Source: Promethearchaeota archaeon (GTDB taxonomy: Archaea; Asgardarchaeota; Lokiarchaeia; Sigyniarchaeales; SOKP01). From it: 36,163 nt of DNA. Made by a program: the position numbers and the translations under genes. The stretch spans positions 1-36,163 of the forward strand of contig SHMW01000041.1 of NCBI GenBank assembly GCA_008080735.1, in the 5' to 3' direction. This document shows, piece after piece, positions 10,087-19,123 of this stretch. Numbering within the stretch: the stretch's first letter is position 1; every line of letters starts with the position of its first letter. The notes below the pieces were generated by a model. That model was not told where the DNA came from. It did no database searches and worked only from the letters and a program-made list of their open reading frames with translations.

Positions 10087-10782
10087 TTACGTTTTTGTAA
10101 TTGGGATAAATTCTCGCTCAGCGGGTCCACTCTCCTTAACCACCACAATATCAATACCATTTCCTGAGGCTATATCCCGTTTGATTGAGGAAGTTACCGC
10201 TTTTTTTACGATTTCCTTTCCCTCTTCGGTTGATAAATCCTCTTTATATTTTGCTTCTAACACACCATAGGAATAATTTTGACCGCTTCCCACGGCAGCG
10301 AATTTCTCTGGTAATCGTGAGCCAAGGGCACCGATATTTAACACCATTGGACCCTCTTCTTTTGTTACCCCTCCCAAAATAAGTCCCACTTGATAGGGAA
10401 ACATTTTATTACGATATAAGATATTTGATAAAATCTGAGCCGCAGCTTTTACAGGTATCATTTTTCCTTGTTCCATCTGATATAGTGATGTGCGCGCTCT
10501 TAGGATGTCAACAAGTTGTTGGGCATCCGCGACGCTGCCAGCAATCGTGAGATATAGATGTGGCTGAATTTGATGCACTTTTTTAGCGGTTTTACTGGCA
10601 ACAAAGTATTGCATCGAAGCCCGCTTATCCGTACCTAATACAACTACATCTTTACAAGCCAAACCCACCGTTGTGGTTCCCGATTTAAATGTAGCGGTAT
10701 TCTTTATGGAAAGTTTCTGCGCGTTTTTTGTTCTGTTATGAAATTTCGTATCAGAAGTATTCAGAAATTCTTTATATTTCAT
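10087..10782 (-). CDS. psmB: 20S proteasome beta subunit
   Basis: Propeptide then G/TTTVG autocleavage site with catalytic Thr, DKRAS, AGSVADAQ, GSG, RDIASGNG; ATG at 10782 preferred over 10827. Confidence 0.96.
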   Translation of the reverse strand: MKYKEFLNTSDTKFHNRTKNAQKLSIKNTATFKSGTTTVGLACKDVVVLGTDKRASMQYFVASKTAKKVHQIQPHLYLTIAGSVADAQQLVDILRARTSLYQMEQGKMIPVKAAAQILSNILYRNKMFPYQVGLILGGVTKEEGPMVLNIGALGSRLPEKFAAVGSGQNYSYGVLEAKYKEDLSTEEGKEIVKKAVTSSIKRDIASGNGIDIVVVKESGPAEREFIPITKT

Positions 10783-10850
10783 ATTTGCATTAATTACTAA
10801 ATCTTTTAATAACTTTTTTATAATCAATTATAAAATGCTGAGATATTCAG

Positions 10851-10873
10851 ATGCATTTGGAGTGCACATCTCT
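10851..10873. repeat. 23-bp dispersed exact repeat, copy 1
   Basis: ATGCATTTGGAGTGCACATCTCT, identical to 35920-35942. Confidence 0.9.
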
Positions 10874-10916
10874 GGAATTCCGAATTCTTGATATTTACAA
10901 TTTAAAGCAAAATCTA

Positions 10917-11336
10917 TCATATTCTTCTTGAAATTCTTGAAAGTGGGTGTCCTTTTGCTTTTATCTCCAATTCATTAAACCAACCGAACGGCGGACGTAT
11001 AGTAGTAAACCCATCCTTGACCAAATTTGTTTCCAATTGTTTTAAGGTATTTAAGGCAAATTTTGGACTGCTTAATTGAGCAAATAAGTGTGCAAAAGAT
11101 AAAAGTATAATATTTTTAACCTTTAGCTGAGAACATATAGATTTGATTTCTTTTTTTGTATTTTCTAAAATAGACTCATCACTCTCATCTTTTTTCTCTA
11201 CGCTGATAAAAAGCACGATGACGTTGTCTAAGTGTCCTTCTTTATTTTCTTCATTCAATTCTTCATATATAGGAGAGCGACTTCTTTCAGTCGTATCATA
11301 ACTAAATGATTCACAATGAAATGAAAGAAACCTCAT
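10917..11336 (-). CDS. Stand-alone archaeal threonyl-tRNA synthetase editing-domain homolog
   Basis: MRFLSFHC start, FISVEKKDE, FAHL, PFGW and KGHPLSRISRRI match the archaeal ThrRS N-terminal editing domain. Confidence 0.88.
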   Translation of the reverse strand: MRFLSFHCESFSYDTTERSRSPIYEELNEENKEGHLDNVIVLFISVEKKDESDESILENTKKEIKSICSQLKVKNIILLSFAHLFAQLSSPKFALNTLKQLETNLVKDGFTTIRPPFGWFNELEIKAKGHPLSRISRRI

Positions 11337-11387
11337 AAATAAAGATAGGATAAGTTTGTATAAAAAGTTAGAAATAAGAAACTTAAT

Positions 11388-13460
11388 TTAAAGATAACCG
11401 ACTTCCTTACTCGTAAGGGACACACCCATAATTTTTGAAGTCAAGTAATCCATATCTTTTCCTCGATTTTGGGCCAATAATCGCACGGCTTCTTCTGTTG
11501 TGGTATTATCGTGCATTATTTTAGATACGGCGAGCCCGACCGCGCGGGGATCATCGTACCCGGGATATAATAACTGACGTCCTACTAAACATCCTTTTAC
11601 GTTTCTTCCGGCACCCAATCCTTTTTCAAATTCCACCAAAACATCTGTTGGATTGCCCGTACTTGCTCCTCCGAGCATAAGAATGGGATTTGTGGTACTG
11701 CGAACAACATATTCATAATCGTCAACATAAGGAATTTTTAGCCATATATTCGAAGAGCGTCCACCTAACGCTGTAGCAATCCCTACAGTTTTGATTAATT
11801 CATCAGCATCCATTTTCACTCTATATCCTCCATCTCTTTGCCGTTCTACTGGTAATGGTTCTATAAATACTGGGATATTATACATATTACATCTTCGAAC
11901 CATCTGAGAACATACTTCAATCGTTCTTTGGGAGTATCTAGCCTGAGACGTTTCTAAATCTAATCTGAACATCATTTTGGCACCATCAAGGCCAAGTGCA
12001 TTAATGTCCTCAATATTATAAGCGGTGACATGATCATCCATCTCATACATCGAGCCTTTCAAACCTCCCCGATTCGTGCACCCGATTAGCACTTTATTAT
12101 CTAAGAAACTCTTTCCTTGATGTTTTTTCATGAGATAGTTCAAGATGAACAAGTCATCCATCACATCTGGAGTTGCCATTACACCATCAATTTCATCGAG
12201 CATGAGCACGCGAACAATTCTTCCCAGATATTGTTGTCTATCACCCATAGCTGTTTCATTTGAGCCAACATTCGTGACCCGCCGTGCAGGATGGTCGGCA
12301 GCGATAATTACTAGATTCGTATCCCAAGGATGAGGGCGTTTTACTCGATTTCGGTATTCGTCCTGCAGAATTTTGTTGATATTATTTTTTTTTTCTTCCG
12401 TAATCATGTAAAAGATCTTTTCGGGCAGAAATCGTCGAGTCTTGAATCTATACGATCCAAGTGCATAATTCACATCGATTTGTTGTCGCGCTTCTTCAAA
12501 TCCCGCGATCGCAACTTTTATAACCGACTCACTCAGTTGTCTTCCTCGTGGTGTATATTCGAAGCCGATTCCATCTTCGAACTCGATATCGTTTAATGAG
12601 GTTAGAAAATCCTTTAGAACTTCTGGCGTGACAGTTCCATTTGGATAATCCATGGATACGTGCGTATCTCCGTAATTAGGATCTTCTTTATCTGCGACGC
12701 TATTGCCAATGTGAATCCAATTCAAAAACGGTGCTAATGCTTTTAATACCTCCACATTTTCATGATCGTAGCCGTTGCTTATTAAATACATATGCGATAA
12801 ATCATACATCAAACCAAATTCATAATGACCATACACATTTCGAATTTCTACGGCTAATGAACGAGCCTCATCAGAAGGGCCGATTAATTGATTTTTATGT
12901 CCAGGCTCATCTGAGCGATCAAATATTTCAAGCGTCATTTTCAGTGGCTTCTTGTTGAGTTTCTTTGCTAATCTCTTATTAAAATGGCATAACTCATCAA
13001 TAGATTTAATGAGTGAACCGGTCGCGAGTTTTCGATCTCTCAAACCCTTTTCTGTACCAGGATCTTCTCCACTCAGAAAAGTAAACTGCTTCGCGCCGTA
13101 TTCAAAGGCTTCTTTCATATAGAGTTTCAGTCTGTTTACTGCATTTCTTCTTTCTAACTCGTTTATGGAGCTAATGTCTGTAGGGTCTATGAGGTTATCT
13201 TCATTAATCAGTTGAATCGGTTCCGCTGTATATGTAATATATTTGAATTTTTTTAACGCATCTATAAATTTTGCTTTTACTTCAGGGTCTTTAATTTGTG
13301 TGACTTCAATTCCATCAAAATAATTTAGGCGTTTCAAAAAATTAATCGAATCTATCAAATATTTTTCAGGAGCTTCCCCTAACATCGTAGAGTTCCCGAG
13401 TCTCGGTCCGGGAAACGCCATTGGGTGGACAATACTCTTAACATTCTTTTCAAAAGCCAT
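11388..13460 (-). CDS. Fusion of a xylose-isomerase-like TIM-barrel sugar isomerase/epimerase and a class I aldolase-like (Cgl0159-type) domain
   Basis: N-half: SIVHPMAFP, TLEIFD, YDLSH, WIHIGN, GDTH, IGFE metal-ligand pattern. C-half: IAADHPAR, GVMATPD, NRGGL, GAKMM, FIEPL, WLKIPY, LLGG-like ILMLGG, LVGRQLLYP. GGTG upstream of the ATG at 13460. Confidence 0.8.
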   Translation of the reverse strand: MAFEKNVKSIVHPMAFPGPRLGNSTMLGEAPEKYLIDSINFLKRLNYFDGIEVTQIKDPEVKAKFIDALKKFKYITYTAEPIQLINEDNLIDPTDISSINELERRNAVNRLKLYMKEAFEYGAKQFTFLSGEDPGTEKGLRDRKLATGSLIKSIDELCHFNKRLAKKLNKKPLKMTLEIFDRSDEPGHKNQLIGPSDEARSLAVEIRNVYGHYEFGLMYDLSHMYLISNGYDHENVEVLKALAPFLNWIHIGNSVADKEDPNYGDTHVSMDYPNGTVTPEVLKDFLTSLNDIEFEDGIGFEYTPRGRQLSESVIKVAIAGFEEARQQIDVNYALGSYRFKTRRFLPEKIFYMITEEKKNNINKILQDEYRNRVKRPHPWDTNLVIIAADHPARRVTNVGSNETAMGDRQQYLGRIVRVLMLDEIDGVMATPDVMDDLFILNYLMKKHQGKSFLDNKVLIGCTNRGGLKGSMYEMDDHVTAYNIEDINALGLDGAKMMFRLDLETSQARYSQRTIEVCSQMVRRCNMYNIPVFIEPLPVERQRDGGYRVKMDADELIKTVGIATALGGRSSNIWLKIPYVDDYEYVVRSTTNPILMLGGASTGNPTDVLVEFEKGLGAGRNVKGCLVGRQLLYPGYDDPRAVGLAVSKIMHDNTTTEEAVRLLAQNRGKDMDYLTSKIMGVSLTSKEVGYL

Positions 13461-13646
13461 TTTCAACACCTATTACTTGAAAATTTTAAATTAATATTGC
13501 TTCAATAATTGAAATTATTTGATATATATTTAAGTTTTTCCCAATAGATCTAAAGATAGTCAAGGGTGTTCTAAAGAAAAGCATGATTTATAAAAAAATA
13601 TTAAAATTAAAAATGAATATAATTATAATAAGGAAGTGAAAATGAA

Positions 13647-13922
13647 ATGGCAACAAAACGGGATTGGATAACGAGAATGGTGGACATCTTTCATGGGTTA
13701 GAATTTGGGATAATTTACAACCAGACCAATATTCGACAGTTTTTAAAGGATGAGTGCGATGATTCAATAAGCTTACCAACGACGGGGGAACTGCTCCAAG
13801 CAATTATAAATGCTGAAGAAAATGGCATGAAATTTGAAATTGATGGCAAAATTCGCAAATTAATCGAAAAAAAAACAGTGAACGAGGAATCCCGATATGA
13901 ACTTATTGAGGAAGAAAACTAA
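13647..13922 (+). CDS. Hypothetical protein (91 aa)
   Basis: ATG start with purine-rich upstream sequence; protein-like composition; divergent from the aldolase fusion. Confidence 0.6.
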   Translation: MATKRDWITRMVDIFHGLEFGIIYNQTNIRQFLKDECDDSISLPTTGELLQAIINAEENGMKFEIDGKIRKLIEKKTVNEESRYELIEEEN

Positions 13923-14003
13923 TTTATAAATAGCTTAAGATTTTGAATATCTTTATTATAGGAGATATAGGTATTTAAAGATTGAAATAGTGGATTTTAA
14001 GGA

Positions 14004-14180
14004 TTAAAGTGATTTTACTTGTTCTACTGTACTAGAGTATTCCATTGGTTTCTTTTCGCGTATTGTAATGAAATTTTCCGTTTTTGGAAATACGTATATG
14101 ATATCTTCACCATTATCATCTATAATTACTTGTGTATTGTATTTCCCCTCTACTTCTTTATTTAAATCATTTACAATCAT
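14004..14180 (-). CDS. Small hypothetical protein (58 aa), not in the ORF track
   Basis: MIVNDLNKEVEGKYNTQVIIDDNGEDIIYVFPKTENFITIREKKPMEYSSTVEQVKSL; ATG at 14180 to TAA at 14004; fills an intergenic gap. Confidence 0.5.
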   Translation of the reverse strand: MIVNDLNKEVEGKYNTQVIIDDNGEDIIYVFPKTENFITIREKKPMEYSSTVEQVKSL

Positions 14181-14419
14181 AATAAATTAAAGAATCGATT
14201 TCTTCATAAATTAAAATATTACAGAAATATCACATGTTAAATCCCAAGAATCGTAATTTCACGATAGAATGAAAGGGAACTCTATTTTCTCCTTAGATAT
14301 CAAGTATTTACACAAATAATAATGTTTAAATATTTCACAATCATATTTTTCTTTCAAAATTCTTTAGGCTCAGAAAATTATTTAAAGATCAAAATTAATA
14401 TAAGGAGGTGAAAAAGATA

Positions 14420-14752
14420 ATGAAGCTAACATCTCTTCGTTCGCGTATTTTTGTTGGGGTTTTCGGGCTTTTTTGGCTTGTTGCGGTAATCTTGTTAGGC
14501 GTTTGGCTTTTTAATATTGTTTTTCCGTTTATAGATACTGCGAGCATTTATCAAGATTTTTATGGGATTTCCATATTTGAAGGTTTAGGGGGTGATTATG
14601 TGATCGATGCTCTCTTCAATAATCTATATTTTATACTAATGGTTGTTTTTGGCATTATTGGAATACCATTCGGAGTTGTCACTTTTATAGAGAGTAGAAA
14701 GTCTGTAAATAAAGGAGAATTAGAAACAAAAGGAATTAGTACCGAATACTAA
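14420..14752 (+). CDS. Small membrane protein (2 TM)
   Basis: Strong GGAGGTG ribosome-binding site before the ATG at 14420; two hydrophobic segments. Confidence 0.75.
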   Translation: MKLTSLRSRIFVGVFGLFWLVAVILLGVWLFNIVFPFIDTASIYQDFYGISIFEGLGGDYVIDALFNNLYFILMVVFGIIGIPFGVVTFIESRKSVNKGELETKGISTEY

Positions 14753-14871
14753 TAATTTTGAAACGTGAAATGAATTAATCCCATTAAAAACTAGATTGGA
14801 ATATAGAATTTGGAAAAATTGGATTGAGATAAAAATAAGATGAGAGAATTAGAAGAATCAGAATCAAAAAA

Positions 14872-15756
14872 TCAGTCTAATTCGCTAACTTTCATACTTT
14901 CTTCCCACATTTTATCTTGTAAATCTCTATCATAACTTTTTTTTACTGACTTAGCTTTGTCAAACATATCATAATAGTTTCCCGAAAAACCTTTTAATTT
15001 TGGATTAGACGGTAAATAAACTAGTGGTTGCGCTGCCTCCTCCGCTGATTTTATGAATGGGCCAATAATTTTCCACATAATTTTTGCCCCAAAAGAATGC
15101 CTCGGTAATCTTGTACTCGTCATCCCTGGATTAAACGCATTAACCGTGATTTGTGATTCTTCTAAAATTCGATGGAATTTATAAGTAGTGAGAAGATTAA
15201 CAAACTTACTTGTCGCATATCCTCTCATACCTGTTTTTTCCAATGTTTTGATTTTAGGAATGTCTTTTTTCTCGATTATTCCAGATCTATGAGCTCCTGA
15301 ATTGACATTGATTATTCGTGAAAAATTGGATTCTCTTAAGTTTGGAAGAAGTAGTTGAGTAAGTAAAAATTGCGAAAAATGATTTACTGCCATCATTTTC
15401 TGAATCCCATCGGCAGTCTCTTCATAATCCGTAAGATATACTCCCGCATTATTTATTAGCACATCAAGAATACTAAATTTTGAGTTGAATTTGTCCACAA
15501 AATCACGAATTTGATGGAATGATGCAAGATCACATAACATCAACGTCAGATTGGCATCGGACACTTTATTTTGTATATCTCTTTTAGCTTCTTCTCCTCT
15601 CTTTTCAGATCTGCAAAGCATTATAACATGAGAGTTCAGTTTAGCTAATCCCAATGCTGTTTGCTTTCCTATACCTGAATTCGCTCCAGTTACGATACAA
15701 TTCTTTCCCGACATATTTACGGAATAAATCTCATCCCTCTCAACTTCAGAATTCAT
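14872..15756 (-). CDS. Short-chain dehydrogenase/reductase, retinol-dehydrogenase-like
   Basis: TGANSGIG, CDLAS, NNAG, VNH, YATSK (YxxxK), NPG. Confidence 0.93.
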   Translation of the reverse strand: MNSEVERDEIYSVNMSGKNCIVTGANSGIGKQTALGLAKLNSHVIMLCRSEKRGEEAKRDIQNKVSDANLTLMLCDLASFHQIRDFVDKFNSKFSILDVLINNAGVYLTDYEETADGIQKMMAVNHFSQFLLTQLLLPNLRESNFSRIINVNSGAHRSGIIEKKDIPKIKTLEKTGMRGYATSKFVNLLTTYKFHRILEESQITVNAFNPGMTSTRLPRHSFGAKIMWKIIGPFIKSAEEAAQPLVYLPSNPKLKGFSGNYYDMFDKAKSVKKSYDRDLQDKMWEESMKVSELD

Positions 15757-15957
15757 AATAAATAATGATAAGAAAAGTCAAAAATAAGTCTTCCATTTTT
15801 AGCTAATAAATCATTAAAATATAGTTATTCGGTAATGTAATTTTATAGGAAATATTGATAGAGTAGAAATTATTGGAAATACGAGGCAAAATAATTGAAT
15901 TTTGGGTATTAAAGAAGAGATCTCATTTCATATTGATGGAGGTTAGAAGTGTGTAGG

Positions 15958-16197
15958 TTAGTTCTTACACTCAGCTAATTCGAGGCTTTTACAAATTCTC
16001 ACTTTTTTAATACATTTTCTCTCATGGGAAATAGTGTTGATCTGGTATATTTTCAAGAGCCCTTCATCATTCGGGTAATTATGATCGATAAAATGAATGA
16101 TTTCATCCATTCGCTTTTTCGATACATTCAGGTTTTTCTTATTTATACGAATAAAAATCCCGCGATAAAAAATAGAATCAGATTGTTTTTTAAACAT
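15958..16197 (-). CDS. Hypothetical protein (79 aa)
   Basis: GAGG upstream of the ATG; no recognisable motif. Confidence 0.45.
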   Translation of the reverse strand: MFKKQSDSIFYRGIFIRINKKNLNVSKKRMDEIIHFIDHNYPNDEGLLKIYQINTISHERKCIKKVRICKSLELAECKN

Positions 16198-16490
16198 TTT
16201 ATAGCCTCTTATGTGTATTCTAAATATAAATAATTATGGAGGATAAATAAAAATAAACTTTCTTATTAATAAGTTATGTCATTAAATAAAGTATCAATCC
16301 TATTGGTTTTTATAAAGTCATATCGATAAGATTTGAAAAGGAAGACATTGTATTTTCTTTGACTCAATAATTTATCTATTCCTGAAGTTCTTCCTAAGCT
16401 TAAAGAAATATATATAATAAAAACTAAAATAACACTTGTATAAAACACTTATGTTAAATAAATTCAAAAAAATAAATAAATGATGTAAAA

Positions 16491-16796
16491 ATGGAAAGAC
16501 CTAACGAATTCAAGACTAGAGAGTTAAAAGCCGGAATTCCATTATCCATTATAGGGATAATGGGAATGTTTCTTGTATTTTTCTTATTAGCCGTTCCTAA
16601 TTTAATCATTTTTTTACTTAGTTTCTATCCATTTCTCATCGCCTTTATATTAGGTATTCTATACATCCTTAGTGGACTGAACAAGCTCATTATTTCCAAT
16701 GCCAAATTAATGATAATAGCTATAATTGCTATTGGAGCTTTTTTCGTCACTCTTGGATTAGATTTAATGGTTCCATGGATAATAAAAACAATATAA
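16491..16796 (+). CDS. Small membrane protein (3 TM)
   Basis: Three hydrophobic segments; ends 28 nt upstream of the CE15 gene. Confidence 0.7.
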   Translation: MERPNEFKTRELKAGIPLSIIGIMGMFLVFFLLAVPNLIIFLLSFYPFLIAFILGILYILSGLNKLIISNAKLMIIAIIAIGAFFVTLGLDLMVPWIIKTI

Positions 16797-16824
16797 TTAA
16801 AATCTCAAAATTTTTGAAATTATA

Positions 16825-18057
16825 ATGAAAATTCGAGGACAAGATATTAGTTGGAAAAGAATAGTAATAATATCAATGTTGATTTTTTTTTTGGGAGTTG
16901 GATCTTATGGAGTTTATTTCCTATATCGATTGGATAAACCAATATTTATAAAAAGTTTCCAAGATCCGTTCATCTTCAATAATGGCACCACAGTCCAAAC
17001 AAAAGAAGACTGGGAAAATCGTCGTGCTCAAATTAAAGATTTACTACTGAGTGAGGAATATGGAACTATGCCAGGCCATCCTCATAATATCACTGCTAAG
17101 GTGATAGAAACAGAAGATTTAGGAAATGGAAATATCTTAAATACTACTAAATTGATAATGTATCCTAATGCTTCATCTACAACACCTATTAATTTTACAT
17201 TGTGGGTCTATATTCCTGATGGAACAGGACCATTCCCCACAATCGTGAAAGTTTCTGAAGATGGAACGGGCTCGCAAGAGAAGATGAGTGATTACATTCT
17301 TCAAAGAGGCTATATGTACGTTTGTTATAATCATATAGAATTAGATCCAGACACTAAAAGTGAAGATATTGCGGGACCCTGCCAAAAAGCCTATCCAAGT
17401 TATAGTTGGGAAACTTTAGCAGTCTGGGCATGGGGAGCAATGCGGGTCGCAGATTATCTTTTAAATGAGTCTTGGGTGAATGCCCCAGATGGGATACCTA
17501 ATGTAAATTCTAGCGTTTTAATTATTACAGGGCATTCGCGTAGAGGAAAAACTGCATTATTGGCTGGTGCTATGGATGAGCGTTTTACGATGGTCGTCCC
17601 TAATGGAAGTGGGTGCGGTGGGGCAGGAAGTTTTCTTGTACAAGGATACCTCTCAGAGACGATTGCGGACATTACTTCTAAGTTCAAGACATGGTTTAAG
17701 GAAGGATTTGAAAATTATGGTGGAAAGGAAGCAACACTTCCATTTGATCAACATTTCTTACGGGCTTTAGTCGCTCCCAGGATTATATTAAATACCGAAG
17801 GTTTAATAGATTTTTGGGCTAATCCGATAGGAGCTCAAGCGGTTTATGAAGCAACTGGGCCTGTATATGATTTTCTAAATGCCACAAATAATAATGCTAT
17901 ACACTATAGATCTGGAGGTCATGGCTTTACTCAAGTGGATTTTAAGATATTATTGGATCTCTCTGATAAATTACTGCTTGGAAAACCCATCACAGGGAAT
18001 TTCTACATGAAACCCTTCAATATTGATTTCCTAATCGAATATTCAACCCCAAATTAA
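16825..18057 (+). CDS. Membrane-anchored CE15-family (glucuronoyl esterase-like) alpha/beta hydrolase
   Basis: Nucleophile motif TGHSRRGK; QDPF...W..RR...EEYG, AVWAWGAMR, SGCGG, LPFDQH, ALVAPR, WANP; N-terminal TM helix. Confidence 0.88.
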   Translation: MKIRGQDISWKRIVIISMLIFFLGVGSYGVYFLYRLDKPIFIKSFQDPFIFNNGTTVQTKEDWENRRAQIKDLLLSEEYGTMPGHPHNITAKVIETEDLGNGNILNTTKLIMYPNASSTTPINFTLWVYIPDGTGPFPTIVKVSEDGTGSQEKMSDYILQRGYMYVCYNHIELDPDTKSEDIAGPCQKAYPSYSWETLAVWAWGAMRVADYLLNESWVNAPDGIPNVNSSVLIITGHSRRGKTALLAGAMDERFTMVVPNGSGCGGAGSFLVQGYLSETIADITSKFKTWFKEGFENYGGKEATLPFDQHFLRALVAPRIILNTEGLIDFWANPIGAQAVYEATGPVYDFLNATNNNAIHYRSGGHGFTQVDFKILLDLSDKLLLGKPITGNFYMKPFNIDFLIEYSTPN

Positions 18058-18454
18058 ATCAAAATATTGTTTATACCTGAATAACCAATATTTTATCCTT
18101 TTTTATTTTAATATTTCTAAAATACATACTAGATTTTTCTGGATCAAAAGATAAAAATAATAGCTTTTTATGTAAAATTTCATAATCTATTAGTTATAAA
18201 TGGAGATCTTTGGAATGTTAATGCTTTTTTTTTATCATAAATTCCGATTGGTGTTAAAAATATTTCTAGTAAAAGCAAGATTTGTTATTAAAAATATCTT
18301 TCTGTGAAATATTTTGTTCAAATTGTTTATTTTACGAATCTTATCTAAGCTTTTTTGATAAAATTCATTCTCTTAACATTATATTACCAAAGCATTTATT
18401 AAATAACAAAATAAATAGTAACTTAGATTTTAATTCAACAAAAATTACAAATAT

Positions 18455-18721
18455 ATGAAGAACGAAGAAAAGAAGTTTGAGGAAAAACTCTACATAATGA
18501 ATAAGATATTGGATGATGTACATGATATTTTCGTCTTAATTCAACCATTATTAGAAGAATTACTTAAAGTGGAGAAAGCTAAGCGCCCAGAATATATTAA
18601 AAAACTCAACAAATCTGCAAAATTATTTAAAGAAATCGCATCTTTATGTAAAGAGTTAGAAGAGCCAGAATTAATGGAACGATTTTCAAATAAAATGAAT
18701 AAGGCAACATATTTCATTTGA
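18455..18721 (+). CDS. Hypothetical alpha-helical protein (88 aa)
   Basis: ATG start; amphipathic helical pattern. Confidence 0.65.
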   Translation: MKNEEKKFEEKLYIMNKILDDVHDIFVLIQPLLEELLKVEKAKRPEYIKKLNKSAKLFKEIASLCKELEEPELMERFSNKMNKATYFI

Positions 18722-18771
18722 ATTTGATATCATATAATGCAATTAACCTTCTCTGGTTTAGAATTAGAATT

Positions 18772-19044
18772 TCATTCAAAGGTTATATCCGTCCCATACT
18801 TAATGGCATATTCTTTAGCTTCTTTATCAGAATCAAAACGTTTTAAAATGTCATATTCACCTACTATCTTTCTGCATCCCACATATATTTCTGTTATCGG
18901 TCTCGCTTCTTGCTGGGGTTCTAAATAGACTCGAATCAAAGAAAATGAGATGTCTTTCATATATTCTCTACACTTCCCACAAATTTCTGGACCACGCGCG
19001 CAATGAATTCGCGGCATTTTCTTAATGATATCTATATATTCCAT
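18772..19044 (-). CDS. Hypothetical protein with putative metal-binding HC-x6-CxxC motif
   Basis: IHCARGPEICGKC. Confidence 0.7.
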   Translation of the reverse strand: MEYIDIIKKMPRIHCARGPEICGKCREYMKDISFSLIRVYLEPQQEARPITEIYVGCRKIVGEYDILKRFDSDKEAKEYAIKYGTDITFE

Positions 19045-19123
19045 TTGTATGAATCATAAAGGGAAAAAAGCGCTTAATAATTTATTGAAAATGGATAATT
19101 TGATTTTGAGATCATTTTAGCAA

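Noticed and set aside
10851-10873. The 23-bp repeat as a CRISPR repeat
   Set aside because: Only two isolated copies 25 kb apart, no spacer periodicity and no cas genes in the window.
16266-16448. 60-aa minus-strand ORF and overlapping-region ORF 16024-16233
   Set aside because: Low-complexity AT-rich frames with no SD site or motif; 16024-16233 is antisense to the better-supported 15958-16197.
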